Under the pieces are notes generated by a model. That model was not told the DNA's origin. It made no database searches and worked only from the letters and a program-made list of their open reading frames with translations. Positions 37,070 to 47,295 of a DNA stretch of 64,000 bases are shown here, in pieces. The translations under genes were made by a program, and so were the position numbers. Location: assembly GCA_965219085.1 (NCBI GenBank), contig OZ244720.1, forward strand, positions 1,184,001 to 1,248,000, written 5' to 3'. Source of the stretch: Dehalococcoidia bacterium (lineage in GTDB: Bacteria; Chloroflexota; Dehalococcoidia; UBA2979). Position 1 is the stretch's first letter. Each line of letters opens with the position of its first letter.

Positions 37070-38928
37070 ATGGAGCTGAACCGGCGCGCCCTGGTCCAGG
37101 GCGGCCTGCTCGGGGGTCTGGGCCTCGCCGGAGCTGCGCTCCTCGGCTGTACGCGCGATGACGAGACCGCTGCCGTCCCCGTGCAGGCCGACGCCACCAC
37201 TGACGCTGCACCCCGTAGCGCCACGACGGACGCGCAGCCCGAAGCAGCGGGCACGGCCGAGCCGACCCCAACCGGCCTGATGGGTCTCTCGAAGGAAGAG
37301 CTCGTGCAGGCGAAGTGCGAAGGGTGGCTTATAAGTGGTGGCGAGCTGCCCTTCCCGTTGCAGTTCCCCGAGCCAGCCGGACTGACGCCCAAGCCGGGCG
37401 GAACAATGTCGATCGCCGCCACGTTCGATGTCGCTTCCCTGGACCCGGCGTCGTCTCCAGCGGGGCGGAGCCATCACCGTTCAGAACATGGTCTACAACC
37501 GGCTGCCCGGCATGGTCGGGGGGCCACGCAAGCACCCATTCACCATCGAGCTCGAGCCTGAGCTCGCCTCCTCGTGGGAACGCACCCCGGACGGCGTGGC
37601 GTTCACGTTCAACCTCCGCGACGATGTGACGTGGCAGAACGTCGCCCCGCTCAACCGCCGTCCCTTCGTGGCCGAGGACGCGAGGTTCGCCTTCGAGCGC
37701 TACCGCTCGGAGGGCGCGCACCAGTCGCACTGGGCAAACGTCGCGGCTATCGAGGCACCGAACGACACCACGCTCAGCATCCACATGTCGAGAGTCACGG
37801 CGGACTTCGTGCTCCCGCTTGCCGGGCGCTACCAGACCACCTTCCCCCGGGAGCTCGTCGACAGCGGTGAGGTCGACACGAGGGCCGTGGGCACCGGCCT
37901 GATGATCCTGAGCGACCTCGACGCATCGAGCCGCGTCGCGTTCGCCAAGAACCCCGACTACTGGGAACGCGCCGTCCTGCTGGATAGCGTCGAGTTCAGG
38001 CTGGAGCCCGACATCGCCGCGAGGTCTGCGGCGTTTCGCGACGGTGCGGTCGACTACGCGTACTCGGTGGCGCCCACCATTCGGGCACTCGCGCCGATCC
38101 TCGATGCAAGCCCGCACGCGCAGGTCAACCTGCGCCCGGTAGTGAGCGGCGGCATGCCGCTCAGCCTGAACCTGTCCAACCTGAAGTTCACCGGCGAGCG
38201 CATACGCCGGGCGATGACGCTCGCGGTGGACACCGACCTGATGGTCGACCTCGTCTACGGCGGCCTCGCGAAGAACCTGCCACTCCACCCGTGGACACTC
38301 GCGCTCGACGACCCGGACGAAAGGCCCCGCGCAGAGTGTGGCGAGCTTGGCCCGTGGATCGGCCGCCACGACCTCGCCGAGGCGAAACAGCTACTGCGGG
38401 CAGCCGGCACCGAGGACCTCTCGTTCGGCTCGATTTACCACAACCGCGGGGACCCAACGCGGGACGGCATCACGGAGTTCGTCGCCGCACAGCTCGCCGA
38501 TGCCGGCATCACCATGCACTCGCGGCACGTCGACCAGACCCGAGTTCGAGACGACGTGGGCGTCGGGCGACCTGGCGGAGGCCAGCACGTCCGCGGCGCA
38601 CCCCGAGGGCTTCGACGCGGACCACTTCTTCTACCACCTGGTCCACTCGGAGTCCCCAAGGAACCAGTGGAGGCTCGACGATCCGCAAGTCGACGCATGG
38701 GCGGAGCAGCAACAGACGGAGCTCGATCCGGACGCCCGCCGGGGGATCCGCCGCCGGATGTTCGACTACTTCCTCGACAAGATGTTCTGGCCGCCGCTGC
38801 CCTCGGCGATCGGCTTCGAGGTCTACCAGCCCTGGGTGCGCGGGATCCGCTTCGGCGGCATCTACGGCACCAACAGCTCGTACTACGACTGGGGCGACCA
38901 GATCGCCGGAGCATGGCTCGACAAGTAG
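37070..38928 (+). pseudogene. SBP array copy 5, frameshifted
   Basis: Homology spread over three ORFs (37070, 37428, 38338), shifts near 37460 and 38540. Confidence 0.88.
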
Positions 38929-38965
38929 CGAGCACCCCTCCCGACGCACTCCTCATTTGGGGACT

Positions 38966-39081
38966 GGGCGCGCGGCCCGAAAGCCGCCCGCTCCGCGTGG
39001 GGCATCGACGCTGCGCAGCTCCCGGCCAGAAGGATCCATCCCTGCAACGAGAGCGTATAGCCAGTAGCGGGTATGTATGAT
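38966..39081 (+). promoter_or_regulatory. Inter-SBP module
   Basis: Imperfect hairpin 38966-94; CGTAT-N17-TATGAT (39076-81). Confidence 0.65.
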
Positions 39082-39137
39082 GCCGGCACGCGGGGCGTGT
39101 ATCACTTCGCTCTGCGAGTCATCCGGGGGTAGTGATC

Positions 39138-41012
39138 ATGACCGACACCGAGCGCACCGAACAGTGGTGGGCGTTGGAGCTGAACCGGCGGACCTTGCTG
39201 CGAGGCGGTGTCCTCGGCGGGGTGGGCCTCGCCGCCGCGGCGCTCATCGGTTGTGGCGGCGACGACGATGACGACGACAGCGACGATAGCGCGAGCAGCA
39301 CCGGCAGCGGCGCCTCCACGAGCGGCGACGCGGCCACGGGCGCCACGTCCGGCGGGACCAGCAACGGCAGCACGACGGCGACGACAGTCGACGAGGAAGA
39401 GGAGGCGACCGGCGAGGGGATGCTGGTCCAGGATCCCGACCTCCCGTTCCCGCACCAGTTCCCGGAGCCCGCGGGCAAGACCCCGAAGGCGGGCGGGACG
39501 CTGCAGGTGGCGGCGACGTTCAGCGTCTCCACGATGGACCCCTCGAAGTCCGCCGCGGGCGGCACGATCACCGTGCCGAACATGGTCTACAACCGGTTGC
39601 TCGGTATGGTCGGCGGGCCCCGCAAGGATCCCTTCAGCATCGAGCTCGAACCGGAGCTGGCCGCCTCGTGGGAGCGCAGCCCGGACGGCACAACGTTTGC
39701 GTTCCAGCTGCGCGATGACGTGAAGTGGCAGAACGTGCCACCGCTCAGCGGCCGGCCGTTCACCGCACACGACGCGAAGTTCGCGTTCGATCGCTACGCC
39801 ACGGAAGGCGTGCACCAGTCGTACTGGGCGAACGTCGGCTCGACGGAGGCCGTGGACGACACCACGTTGAACATCAACATGGCCACGGTCACGGCGGACT
39901 TCATCCTCCCGCTGGCGAGCCGTTACCAGACGATCCACCCTCGCGAGCTGGTGGACGACGAGAGCATCAACGAGCGAGTGATCGGGACCGGTCCGATGAT
40001 CCTCACGGAGCTCGAGCCGGCCAACCGCGTGGTCTTCGAGAAGAACCCCGACTACTGGGAGCGCGACGTGCTGCTCGACGGGGCGGAGTTCACGCTGCAG
40101 CCGGACCACGCCGCACGCCTCGCGGCCTTCCGCGTGGGGCAGATCGACTACGCCTATCAGCTGGCGGGCAACATCCGGGCGATCAACGCCCTGCTCGATA
40201 CCAACCCCGACGTGCAGATCAACATGAACGTCATCGACAGCGGCGGCCTGCCGCTCGGGCTCAACCTCTCGAACCCGAAGTTCCTGGACGAGCGCATCCG
40301 GCAGGCGATGGTACTGGCGATCGACACCGACCTCATGGAGGAATTGGTCTACGACGGGCTCGCCAAGACGCTGCCGCTCCAGCCGTGGATCTTCATCTTC
40401 GACGAGGAGCCGACCGTCGAGTCCGGACTGCAAGGCCGCTGGTTCGGCCGCCACGACCCGGGCGAGGCCAGGAAGCTCCTGGAGGCGGCCGGCGCGGTGG
40501 GCCTCGAGTTCGGCTCGATCTACTACAACTACGGCCTGCAGGCGATCGACAACCTCACGGAGATCGTGGTGCAGTCCTTCGCCGCTGTCGGCATGACGAT
40601 GAACTCGCGGCACGTCGACTACACCGAGTTCAACTCGACGTGGGTGCCCGGCAAGCTCGAGGAGGCGAGCACCTCGGCGTGGCGCACCGTCGGGTTCGAC
40701 GCCGACAACTACTTCTACAACCAGGTGCACTCGGAATCGCCGGGGAACCGCTGGCAGCTCAAAGACCCGCAGATCGACCAGTGGGCAGACCAACAGCAGG
40801 TCGAGCTCGACCCGGACGCACGGCGGGAGATCCTGCGCCAGATGTGGGACCACATCGTGGAGCAGTGCTACTACCCGCCGCTGCCATCGTCGTTCTCGTT
40901 CGAGGTCTACCAGCCGTGGCTGCGCGGTCTCCGCTTCGGCGGCGTCTTCGGCACCAACAGCTCGTACTACGACTGGGGCGACCAGGTCGCGAGCGTCTGG
41001 CTCGACAAGTAG
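39138..41012 (+). CDS. Tat-lipoprotein family-5 SBP, array copy 6
   Basis: NRRTLL, LIGC, full length. Confidence 0.92.
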   Translation: MTDTERTEQWWALELNRRTLLRGGVLGGVGLAAAALIGCGGDDDDDDSDDSASSTGSGASTSGDAATGATSGGTSNGSTTATTVDEEEEATGEGMLVQDPDLPFPHQFPEPAGKTPKAGGTLQVAATFSVSTMDPSKSAAGGTITVPNMVYNRLLGMVGGPRKDPFSIELEPELAASWERSPDGTTFAFQLRDDVKWQNVPPLSGRPFTAHDAKFAFDRYATEGVHQSYWANVGSTEAVDDTTLNINMATVTADFILPLASRYQTIHPRELVDDESINERVIGTGPMILTELEPANRVVFEKNPDYWERDVLLDGAEFTLQPDHAARLAAFRVGQIDYAYQLAGNIRAINALLDTNPDVQINMNVIDSGGLPLGLNLSNPKFLDERIRQAMVLAIDTDLMEELVYDGLAKTLPLQPWIFIFDEEPTVESGLQGRWFGRHDPGEARKLLEAAGAVGLEFGSIYYNYGLQAIDNLTEIVVQSFAAVGMTMNSRHVDYTEFNSTWVPGKLEEASTSAWRTVGFDADNYFYNQVHSESPGNRWQLKDPQIDQWADQQQVELDPDARREILRQMWDHIVEQCYYPPLPSSFSFEVYQPWLRGLRFGGVFGTNSSYYDWGDQVASVWLDK

Positions 41013-41050
41013 CGAGCACCTTCGGGCGCACTCCTCCGTACGGAGTTTCG

Positions 41051-41157
41051 GCGGGCGGCCTGTGGGCCGCCCGCTCCGCGTCCGGCGACGATCCGAACGA
41101 ACCCACGAGATCCACGGCGATAACGTGTGCGTATTGACTATAGGAGATGTGTATGAT
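41051..41157 (+). promoter_or_regulatory. Inter-SBP module
   Basis: Hairpin 41051-74; TATGAT 41152-57. Confidence 0.7.
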
Positions 41158-41208
41158 CGCGCTGGTGGTGCGTCACCGCGCACCTCAGGCAACCAGGAGA
41201 GCAGAGCC

Positions 41209-43110
41209 ATGACCGAACCCGAGAACACCCAACACTGGTGGTCGCCGGAGCTGAACCGGCGCACGCTGCTACGAGGCGGCCTGCTTGGCGGGGTGGGCCT
41301 CGCCGCGGCCGCACTCGTCGGCTGCGGCGGCGACGACGACGATGACGAGGAACCGGCGGCCACCACGGGCAGCTCCGGCGGCTCCGGCGGCACTGCCTCG
41401 GTGACCGTCAAGACCACTTCCGACAGCGCCTCGGACGACTCCTCTGACGACTCCGCAGCGGCGGATGGTGACAACGGGGATGACGGTAGCGGCGGCGAGG
41501 TAGCAACCGGCGTAGGCATGCTGGTCCGTGACCCGGACCTACCCTACCCGTACCAGTTCCCGGAGCCGGCGGGACTGACGCCCAAGGCCGGCGGGATCAT
41601 GAAGATCGCCGCGACGTGGAACGTCGCGACGATGGATCCATCGAAGTCCGCAGCAGGCGGCACGATCACCGTCCCGAACATGTCCTACAACCGCCTGCTC
41701 GGGATGGTCGGCGGGGTGCACAAGGACCCCTTCACGATCGAGCTCGAGCCGGAGTTGGCGTCGACGTGGGAGCGCACGCCGGACGGGGCGGTCTTCACGT
41801 TCAACCTGCGCGAAGACATCAAGTGGCAGAACGTGCCGCCGCTCAACGGCCGCAAGTTCACCGCCGACGACGTGAAGTACGCCTACGACCGCTACGCCAC
41901 GGAGGGCGTCCACCAGTCGTATTGGGCGAACATCAGCTCACGCGAGGCCGCCGACGAGCACACATTCAAGGCGACGATGGGGACGGTCACCGCCGACTTC
42001 ATCCTGCCGCTCGCGAGCCGCTACCAGACGATCTTCCCCAGGGAACTGGTGGATGATGGCAGTATCGACGAGAAGGTCGTCGGCACCGGCCCGATGATCC
42101 TCGAGGAGGCGGAGGCCGGCAGCCATGCCACCTTCCGCAAGAACCCGGACTACTTCGAGCGCGAGGTGCTGCTGGACGGCGTCGAGTTCCGGCTTCGCCA
42201 GGACTACGCGGCGCGGCTGGCCGGGTTCCGCGTGGGACAGTTCGACTACGTGTACGGTCTGGCCCCGAGCCTGCGGGCCCTGGGCGCCATACTGGAGACC
42301 AACCCGGACACGCAGATCAACCTGATGCCCGTGGTGAACAGCACGAGCCCATTCGGGATGAACCTCTCGAACCCGAAGTTTGCCGACGACCGCATCCGGC
42401 AGGCGATCACGCTCGCGATCAATGAGGATCTGCTGGCGGAGCTACTCTACGACAACCTGTCGAAGACGCTGCCGCTGCAACCGTGGACGTTCGTCTTCGA
42501 CGAGGAGCCGACGGTCGAGTCGGGTTTGCTTGGTCGCTTCGCCGGCCGGCACGATCCGGAGGAGGCCAGGAAACTGCTGAAGGCCGCCGGCGCGGAAGAC
42601 CTCGTGCTCGATAGCCTCTACCACAACTACTCGTCGCCAGTGAACGACCAGCGCACCGAGATCATCACCGAGAACCTCCAGCAGGTCGGCGTCACCATGA
42701 ACTCGCGGCACGTGGACTACACGGAGTTCAACTCGACGTGGGTGCCCGGGAAGCTGGAGGAGGCCTGCACGAGCTGCTGGCTGACCGTCGGCTTCGACGG
42801 GGACAACTTCTTCTACAACGCGGTCCACTCCAAGTCACCCGGCAATCGCTGGCGGCTCAACGACCCGCAGATCGACGCCTGGGCGGAGCAGCAGCAGGTC
42901 GAGATCGACCCGGAGGCGCGACGGGAGATCCACCGCACCATGTGGGACTACCTCATGGAGAAGATGTACCACCCGCCGTTGCCCTCGGCGTTCCCCATCG
43001 AGACGTACCAGCCGTGGCTACGCGGGATCCGCTTCGGGGGCGTCATGCTCACGAACGTCTCGTACTACGACTGGGGCGACCAGATCGCCGAAGCCTGGCT
43101 CGACAAGTAG
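41209..43110 (+). CDS. Tat-lipoprotein family-5 SBP, array copy 7
   Basis: AGGAG RBS, ATG 41209, NRRTLL, LVGC. Confidence 0.92.
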   Translation: MTEPENTQHWWSPELNRRTLLRGGLLGGVGLAAAALVGCGGDDDDDEEPAATTGSSGGSGGTASVTVKTTSDSASDDSSDDSAAADGDNGDDGSGGEVATGVGMLVRDPDLPYPYQFPEPAGLTPKAGGIMKIAATWNVATMDPSKSAAGGTITVPNMSYNRLLGMVGGVHKDPFTIELEPELASTWERTPDGAVFTFNLREDIKWQNVPPLNGRKFTADDVKYAYDRYATEGVHQSYWANISSREAADEHTFKATMGTVTADFILPLASRYQTIFPRELVDDGSIDEKVVGTGPMILEEAEAGSHATFRKNPDYFEREVLLDGVEFRLRQDYAARLAGFRVGQFDYVYGLAPSLRALGAILETNPDTQINLMPVVNSTSPFGMNLSNPKFADDRIRQAITLAINEDLLAELLYDNLSKTLPLQPWTFVFDEEPTVESGLLGRFAGRHDPEEARKLLKAAGAEDLVLDSLYHNYSSPVNDQRTEIITENLQQVGVTMNSRHVDYTEFNSTWVPGKLEEACTSCWLTVGFDGDNFFYNAVHSKSPGNRWRLNDPQIDAWAEQQQVEIDPEARREIHRTMWDYLMEKMYHPPLPSAFPIETYQPWLRGIRFGGVMLTNVSYYDWGDQIAEAWLDK

Positions 43111-43150
43111 CGGGCACGCCTCGCTACGCACTCCGTGGTGCGGAGTTTCG

Positions 43151-43268
43151 GCGGGCGGCCTGCGGGCCGCCCGCCCTGCGTCCGGGCGACGGATCCGAAC
43201 GAATCCACGAGATCCACGACGGTAACGTATGCGTATTGACTATAGGAACTATAGGAGATGTGTATGAT
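43151..43268 (+). promoter_or_regulatory. Inter-SBP module with 9-bp duplication in promoter spacer
   Basis: Hairpin 43151-74; ACTATAGGA x2 (43239-56); TATGAT 43263-68. Confidence 0.7.
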
Positions 43269-43319
43269 CGCGCTGGTGGTGCGTCACCGCGCACCTCAGG
43301 CAACCAGGAGAGAAGAGCC

Positions 43320-45182
43320 ATGACCGAACCCGAGAACACCCAACAATGGTGGTCGCCGGAGCTGAGCCGGCGAACGCTGCTACGAGGCAGCCTGCTTGGC
43401 GGGGTGGGCCTCGCCGCGGCCGCGCTCATCGGCTGCGGCGGCGACGACGACGATGACGATGACGACACGGTAGCCACCACGGACAGCTCCGGCGGCTCCG
43501 GCGGCACCGCCTCCGTGACCGTCAAGACCAGCTCCGACAGCGCCTCGGACGACTCCGCAGCGGCGGACGACGAGGCGGCCGGCGAGGGCATGCTGGTCCA
43601 CGACACGGACCTGCCCTACCCGTACCAGTTCCCCGAGCCCGCGGGAAAGACGCCCAAGGCGGGCGGCACGCTGCGGATTGCGGCCACCTGGAACGTCGCC
43701 AAGATGGACCCGACGACGTCCGCAGCAGGCGGCACGATCACCATCCCGAATATGGCCTACAACCGCCTGCTCGGCATGGTCGGCGGGCCGCGCAAGGACC
43801 CGTTCGCGATCGAGCTCGAGCCGGAACTGGCGGCGACGTGGGAGCGCTCGCCGGACGGCTCCGTGTTCACGTTCAACCTGCGCGAAGACATCAAGTGGCA
43901 GAACGTGCCTCCGCTCAACGGCCGCCCCTTCACCGCCGACGACGTGAAGTACGCCTACGACCGCTACGCCACGGAGGGCGTACACCAGTCGTACTGGGTG
44001 AACATCGCTTCGCGGGAGGCCGTGGACGACCACACGTTCAAGGCGACAATGGGGTCGGTCACCGCCGACTTCATCCTGCCGCTCGCGAGCCGCTACCAGA
44101 CGATCTTCCCCAGGGAGCTGGTGGATGACGGCAGCATCAACGAGAAGGTCATCGGCACTGGCCCGATGATCCTCGAGGAGGCCGAGGCCGGTAGCCACGC
44201 CGTCTTCAAGAAGAACCCCGACTACTTCGAGCGCGAGGTGCTGCTGGACGGCACCGAGTTCAGGCTGCGGGCGGACTACGCCGCGCGGCTGGCAGGATTC
44301 CGCGTCGGCCAGTTCGACTACGTGTATGGACTGGCCCCGAACATACAGTCGCTGAACGCCGTGCTGGACACGAACCCGGACACTCAGGTGAACCTCAACC
44401 CGGTGGTGAACTGCACCACCCCGTTCGGCATGAACCTCTCGAACCCGATGTTCACCGACGAGCGCGTCCGGCAGGCGATCACCCTCGCGATCGACGACGT
44501 GCTGCTGGAGGACCTGCTGTACGACGGGCTCGCAAAGACCCTTCCGCTACAGCCGTGGACGTTCGTGTACGACGAAGAGCCCACGATCGAGTCTGGCAAG
44601 CTCGGCCGGTGGTTCGGCCGGTACGACCCCGCGGAGGCAACGAAGCTGCTGGTGGCGGCCGGCGCGGAAGATCTCACGTTCGAGAACTTCTACCACAACT
44701 ACTCGTCGCCGGGCGGTGACCAGCGCGCCGAGGTCATGGTCGATCAGCTCGCGAACATCGGCATCACGATGAAGTCGCGGCACGTGGACTACACGGAGTT
44801 CAACTCGACGTGGGTGCCCGGGAAGCTGGAGGAAGCCTGCACGAGCTGCTGGCTCCCGGTCGGCTTCGACGCGGACAACTTCTTCTACAACGCGATCCAC
44901 TCCGAGTCGCCCGGCAATCGCTGGCGGCTCAACGACCCGCAGATCGACACCTGGGCGGAGCAGCAGCAGACCGAGATCGACCCGGACGCGCGCCGGGACC
45001 TCCACCAAACGATGTGGGACTACATCATGGACAAGGCATTCCACCCGCCTCTGCCGTCGGCGTTCTACATCGAGACCTACCAGCCGTGGCTGCGTGGCAT
45101 CCGCTTCGGCGGGGTGATGATCACCAACAGCTCGTACTACGACTGGGGCGACCAGGTCGCGGGGGCCTGGCTCGACAAGTAG
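43320..45182 (+). CDS. Tat-lipoprotein family-5 SBP, array copy 8
   Basis: AGGAG RBS, ATG 43320, SRRTLL, LIGC. Confidence 0.92.
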   Translation: MTEPENTQQWWSPELSRRTLLRGSLLGGVGLAAAALIGCGGDDDDDDDDTVATTDSSGGSGGTASVTVKTSSDSASDDSAAADDEAAGEGMLVHDTDLPYPYQFPEPAGKTPKAGGTLRIAATWNVAKMDPTTSAAGGTITIPNMAYNRLLGMVGGPRKDPFAIELEPELAATWERSPDGSVFTFNLREDIKWQNVPPLNGRPFTADDVKYAYDRYATEGVHQSYWVNIASREAVDDHTFKATMGSVTADFILPLASRYQTIFPRELVDDGSINEKVIGTGPMILEEAEAGSHAVFKKNPDYFEREVLLDGTEFRLRADYAARLAGFRVGQFDYVYGLAPNIQSLNAVLDTNPDTQVNLNPVVNCTTPFGMNLSNPMFTDERVRQAITLAIDDVLLEDLLYDGLAKTLPLQPWTFVYDEEPTIESGKLGRWFGRYDPAEATKLLVAAGAEDLTFENFYHNYSSPGGDQRAEVMVDQLANIGITMKSRHVDYTEFNSTWVPGKLEEACTSCWLPVGFDADNFFYNAIHSESPGNRWRLNDPQIDTWAEQQQTEIDPDARRDLHQTMWDYIMDKAFHPPLPSAFYIETYQPWLRGIRFGGVMITNSSYYDWGDQVAGAWLDK

Positions 45183-45220
45183 CGAGCACCTTCGGGCGCA
45201 CTCCTCGGTACGGAGTTTCG

Positions 45221-45244
45221 GCGGGCGGCCTGCGGGCCGCCCGC
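45221..45244 (+). terminator. GC hairpin closing the SBP array
   Basis: GCGGGCGGCC-TGCG-GGCCGCCCGC; no U-tract. Confidence 0.6.
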
Positions 45245-45301
45245 TCCGCGTTCGGCGTCGCGTGCCACGCCGCTAGCGGAGAGCCCGTGTAGGCTCGATC
45301 C

Positions 45302-46255
45302 ATGACGTCGAGCGCCGAGGTCACCTCAACCCCGCCGGCACGCACCCGCTCTGACGGCCTCGCCATCCACACGCAGGGCCTGCGCAAGTCCTACGGCGCC
45401 ATCGAGGCCGTGGCCGGCGTCGACCTCGCTATCGAGCACGGCCAGGTGTACGCGCTGCTCGGCCCGAACGGCGCGGGCAAGACGACGACCGTCGAGATCC
45501 TCGAGGGTCACCGCACGCGCGACGGCGGCGAGGTCAGCGTGCTCGGCCACGACCCCGCGCGGCGCGATCGCGCACTACTCCAGCGCATCGGCATCGTGTT
45601 GCAGACCACCGGCGTCGAGCCGTACCTGAAGGTCGCCGAGGCCATCGAGCAGTACCGCGGCTACTACCCGAACCCGCGCCCGCTCGACGAGATCATCGAG
45701 ATCGTCGGGCTCACGGAGCAGCGCGGCCAGCGCATCCGCAAGCTCTCCGGTGGGCAGCAGCGCCGCCTCGACGTGGCGATCGCGCTCGCCGGCGACCCGG
45801 AGCTGCTGTTCCTCGACGAGCCGACGACGGGCTTCGACCCGGCCGCGCGCCGCCAGGCGTGGGACATGGTGCGGAACCTGCGCTCCTCGGGCGCTACCGT
45901 GCTGCTCACCACGCACTACATGGACGAGGCCGAGCACCTCGCCGACCGCGTCGGCGTCATCGTCGGCGGCCGCATGGTCGCCGAAGGGACGCCCGAGGAC
46001 CTGATGGCGCAGAGCGCCGCGGCAGTCGTGTCGTTCCGGTTGCCGCCGACGCAGTCGCAGCTCCTCGACGGCATCGAGGGCGCGCGCGACGCGGGCGACG
46101 GGCGGTGCGAGGTGCAGACCGAGTCGCCGACTGCGCTGCTCCACGAATTGACCGGGCGCGCGCTCGACGCCGGCGCCGAGCTCGCCGAGCTGCGCGTCGA
46201 GCGCGCCACGCTCGAGGACGTCTACCTCGACCTCACATCGGGAGCGGCGTCGTGA
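45302..46255 (+). CDS. ABC exporter ATP-binding protein (DrrA-like)
   Basis: GPNGAGKTT, LSGGQ, FLDEPTTG, TTHYMDEA. Confidence 0.95.
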   Translation: MTSSAEVTSTPPARTRSDGLAIHTQGLRKSYGAIEAVAGVDLAIEHGQVYALLGPNGAGKTTTVEILEGHRTRDGGEVSVLGHDPARRDRALLQRIGIVLQTTGVEPYLKVAEAIEQYRGYYPNPRPLDEIIEIVGLTEQRGQRIRKLSGGQQRRLDVAIALAGDPELLFLDEPTTGFDPAARRQAWDMVRNLRSSGATVLLTTHYMDEAEHLADRVGVIVGGRMVAEGTPEDLMAQSAAAVVSFRLPPTQSQLLDGIEGARDAGDGRCEVQTESPTALLHELTGRALDAGAELAELRVERATLEDVYLDLTSGAAS

Positions 46256-47028
46256 CCACTGCACGGCTGCTGGTCCGACAGCTGCGCTACGAGCGACTGG
46301 CGTTCACGCGGAACCCGGCCGCGGCGTTCTTCACGTTCTTCTTCCCGCTCATCTTCCTCGTGATCTTCAACGTCATATTCGGCAACGAGACCATCCGGCT
46401 CGAGGGCGGCGAGACGAACACGTCGACGTTCTACATCCCGACGATCGCGGCGTTCTCGGTGATCAACGCGTGCTACACGGGCCTCGCGATGTCGATCTCG
46501 TTCGCTCGCGACCAGGGCCAGCTGAAACGCGTGGCCGGGACGCCGCTGCCGAAGGGCGCCTACCTGGGCGCGAAGGTGGTGTTCATGACGATGATCGCGA
46601 TCGTGCTCGTCGCGGTCGTCACCGCGTTCGGCGCCGTCTTCTACAGCGTCGACGTGCCCACGGGCACGCTGCCGGCGTTCGCGCTCACGCTCGCCGTGGG
46701 CGCGGCCGCCTTCGCGATGCTCGGGCTGGCGACGACGGCGTTCGTCCCGAACGCCGAGGCGGCCCCGGCGGTGGTGAACGCGATCATCCTGCCGCTGCTC
46801 TTCATCTCGGACGTCTTCATCCCGCTGCGCGACAACGCGCCGGTCTGGCTCGGGCTTGCGGGGGACCTGTTCCCCGTCAAGCACCTCTCGCTCGCCTCGC
46901 AGGCGGCGTTCGACCCGTTCGAGGAGGGCTCGGGGCTGCGGCTCGGGCACCTCGCGGTGATGGCGGGGTGGGGGATCGCGGGCGGAGTGGTGGCGTTGTG
47001 GCGCTTCCGGTGGGAGCCGAACCGCTGA
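46252..47028 (+). CDS. ABC-2 type permease
   Basis: GTGA overlap; RNP..FFTF.FP, R.QG.LKR..GTP, six hydrophobic segments. Confidence 0.92.
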   Translation: MTTARLLVRQLRYERLAFTRNPAAAFFTFFFPLIFLVIFNVIFGNETIRLEGGETNTSTFYIPTIAAFSVINACYTGLAMSISFARDQGQLKRVAGTPLPKGAYLGAKVVFMTMIAIVLVAVVTAFGAVFYSVDVPTGTLPAFALTLAVGAAAFAMLGLATTAFVPNAEAAPAVVNAIILPLLFISDVFIPLRDNAPVWLGLAGDLFPVKHLSLASQAAFDPFEEGSGLRLGHLAVMAGWGIAGGVVALWRFRWEPNR

Positions 47029-47049
47029 CGCCAGAAGCTCAGCCTCGGC

Positions 47050-47295
47050 CTACGTGTATTCCGCAAGGTCGCCGATCCCGATAGCCCGGACGCCCTCGAT
47101 CTCCTCGACGTTCGCGACGGCTGACAGGACTGCGTCCTCGAAGGTTGGGGCCTCGCTGTCGAAGTCGAGGTACTGAACGCCACAGCTGCGCCCGACGACC
47201 GCATCGTCGCAGCCGTGCTCGTAGAGCGCGTCGATCCGCTCTCCGTCCTGCAGGTCCGGCCCCTCAACGAACAACGTGAAGCCATGAGTCGTCAT
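47050..47295 (-). CDS. Small protein resembling the N-terminal domain of GCDDA-motif antitoxin/DNA-binding proteins (possibly truncated)
   Basis: FTL...DALYEHGCDDA...LDFD.EA.TF.DAVLSAV.NVE; no C-terminal HTH. Confidence 0.55.
   Translation of the reverse strand: MTTHGFTLFVEGPDLQDGERIDALYEHGCDDAVVGRSCGVQYLDFDSEAPTFEDAVLSAVANVEEIEGVRAIGIGDLAEYT

Noticed and set aside
29498-41519. Very long antisense ORFs (829, 980, 805 aa) and similar shadow ORFs elsewhere
   Set aside because: Expected stop-poor shadows of high-GC coding strands; no recognisable motifs
29444-45182. Diversity-generating retroelement or shufflon acting on SBPs
   Set aside because: No reverse transcriptase or invertase, all copies co-oriented, variation not adenine-specific
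45302-47028. Cognate transporter for the SBP array
   Set aside because: DrrA/ABC-2 exporter type, not OppBCDF importer
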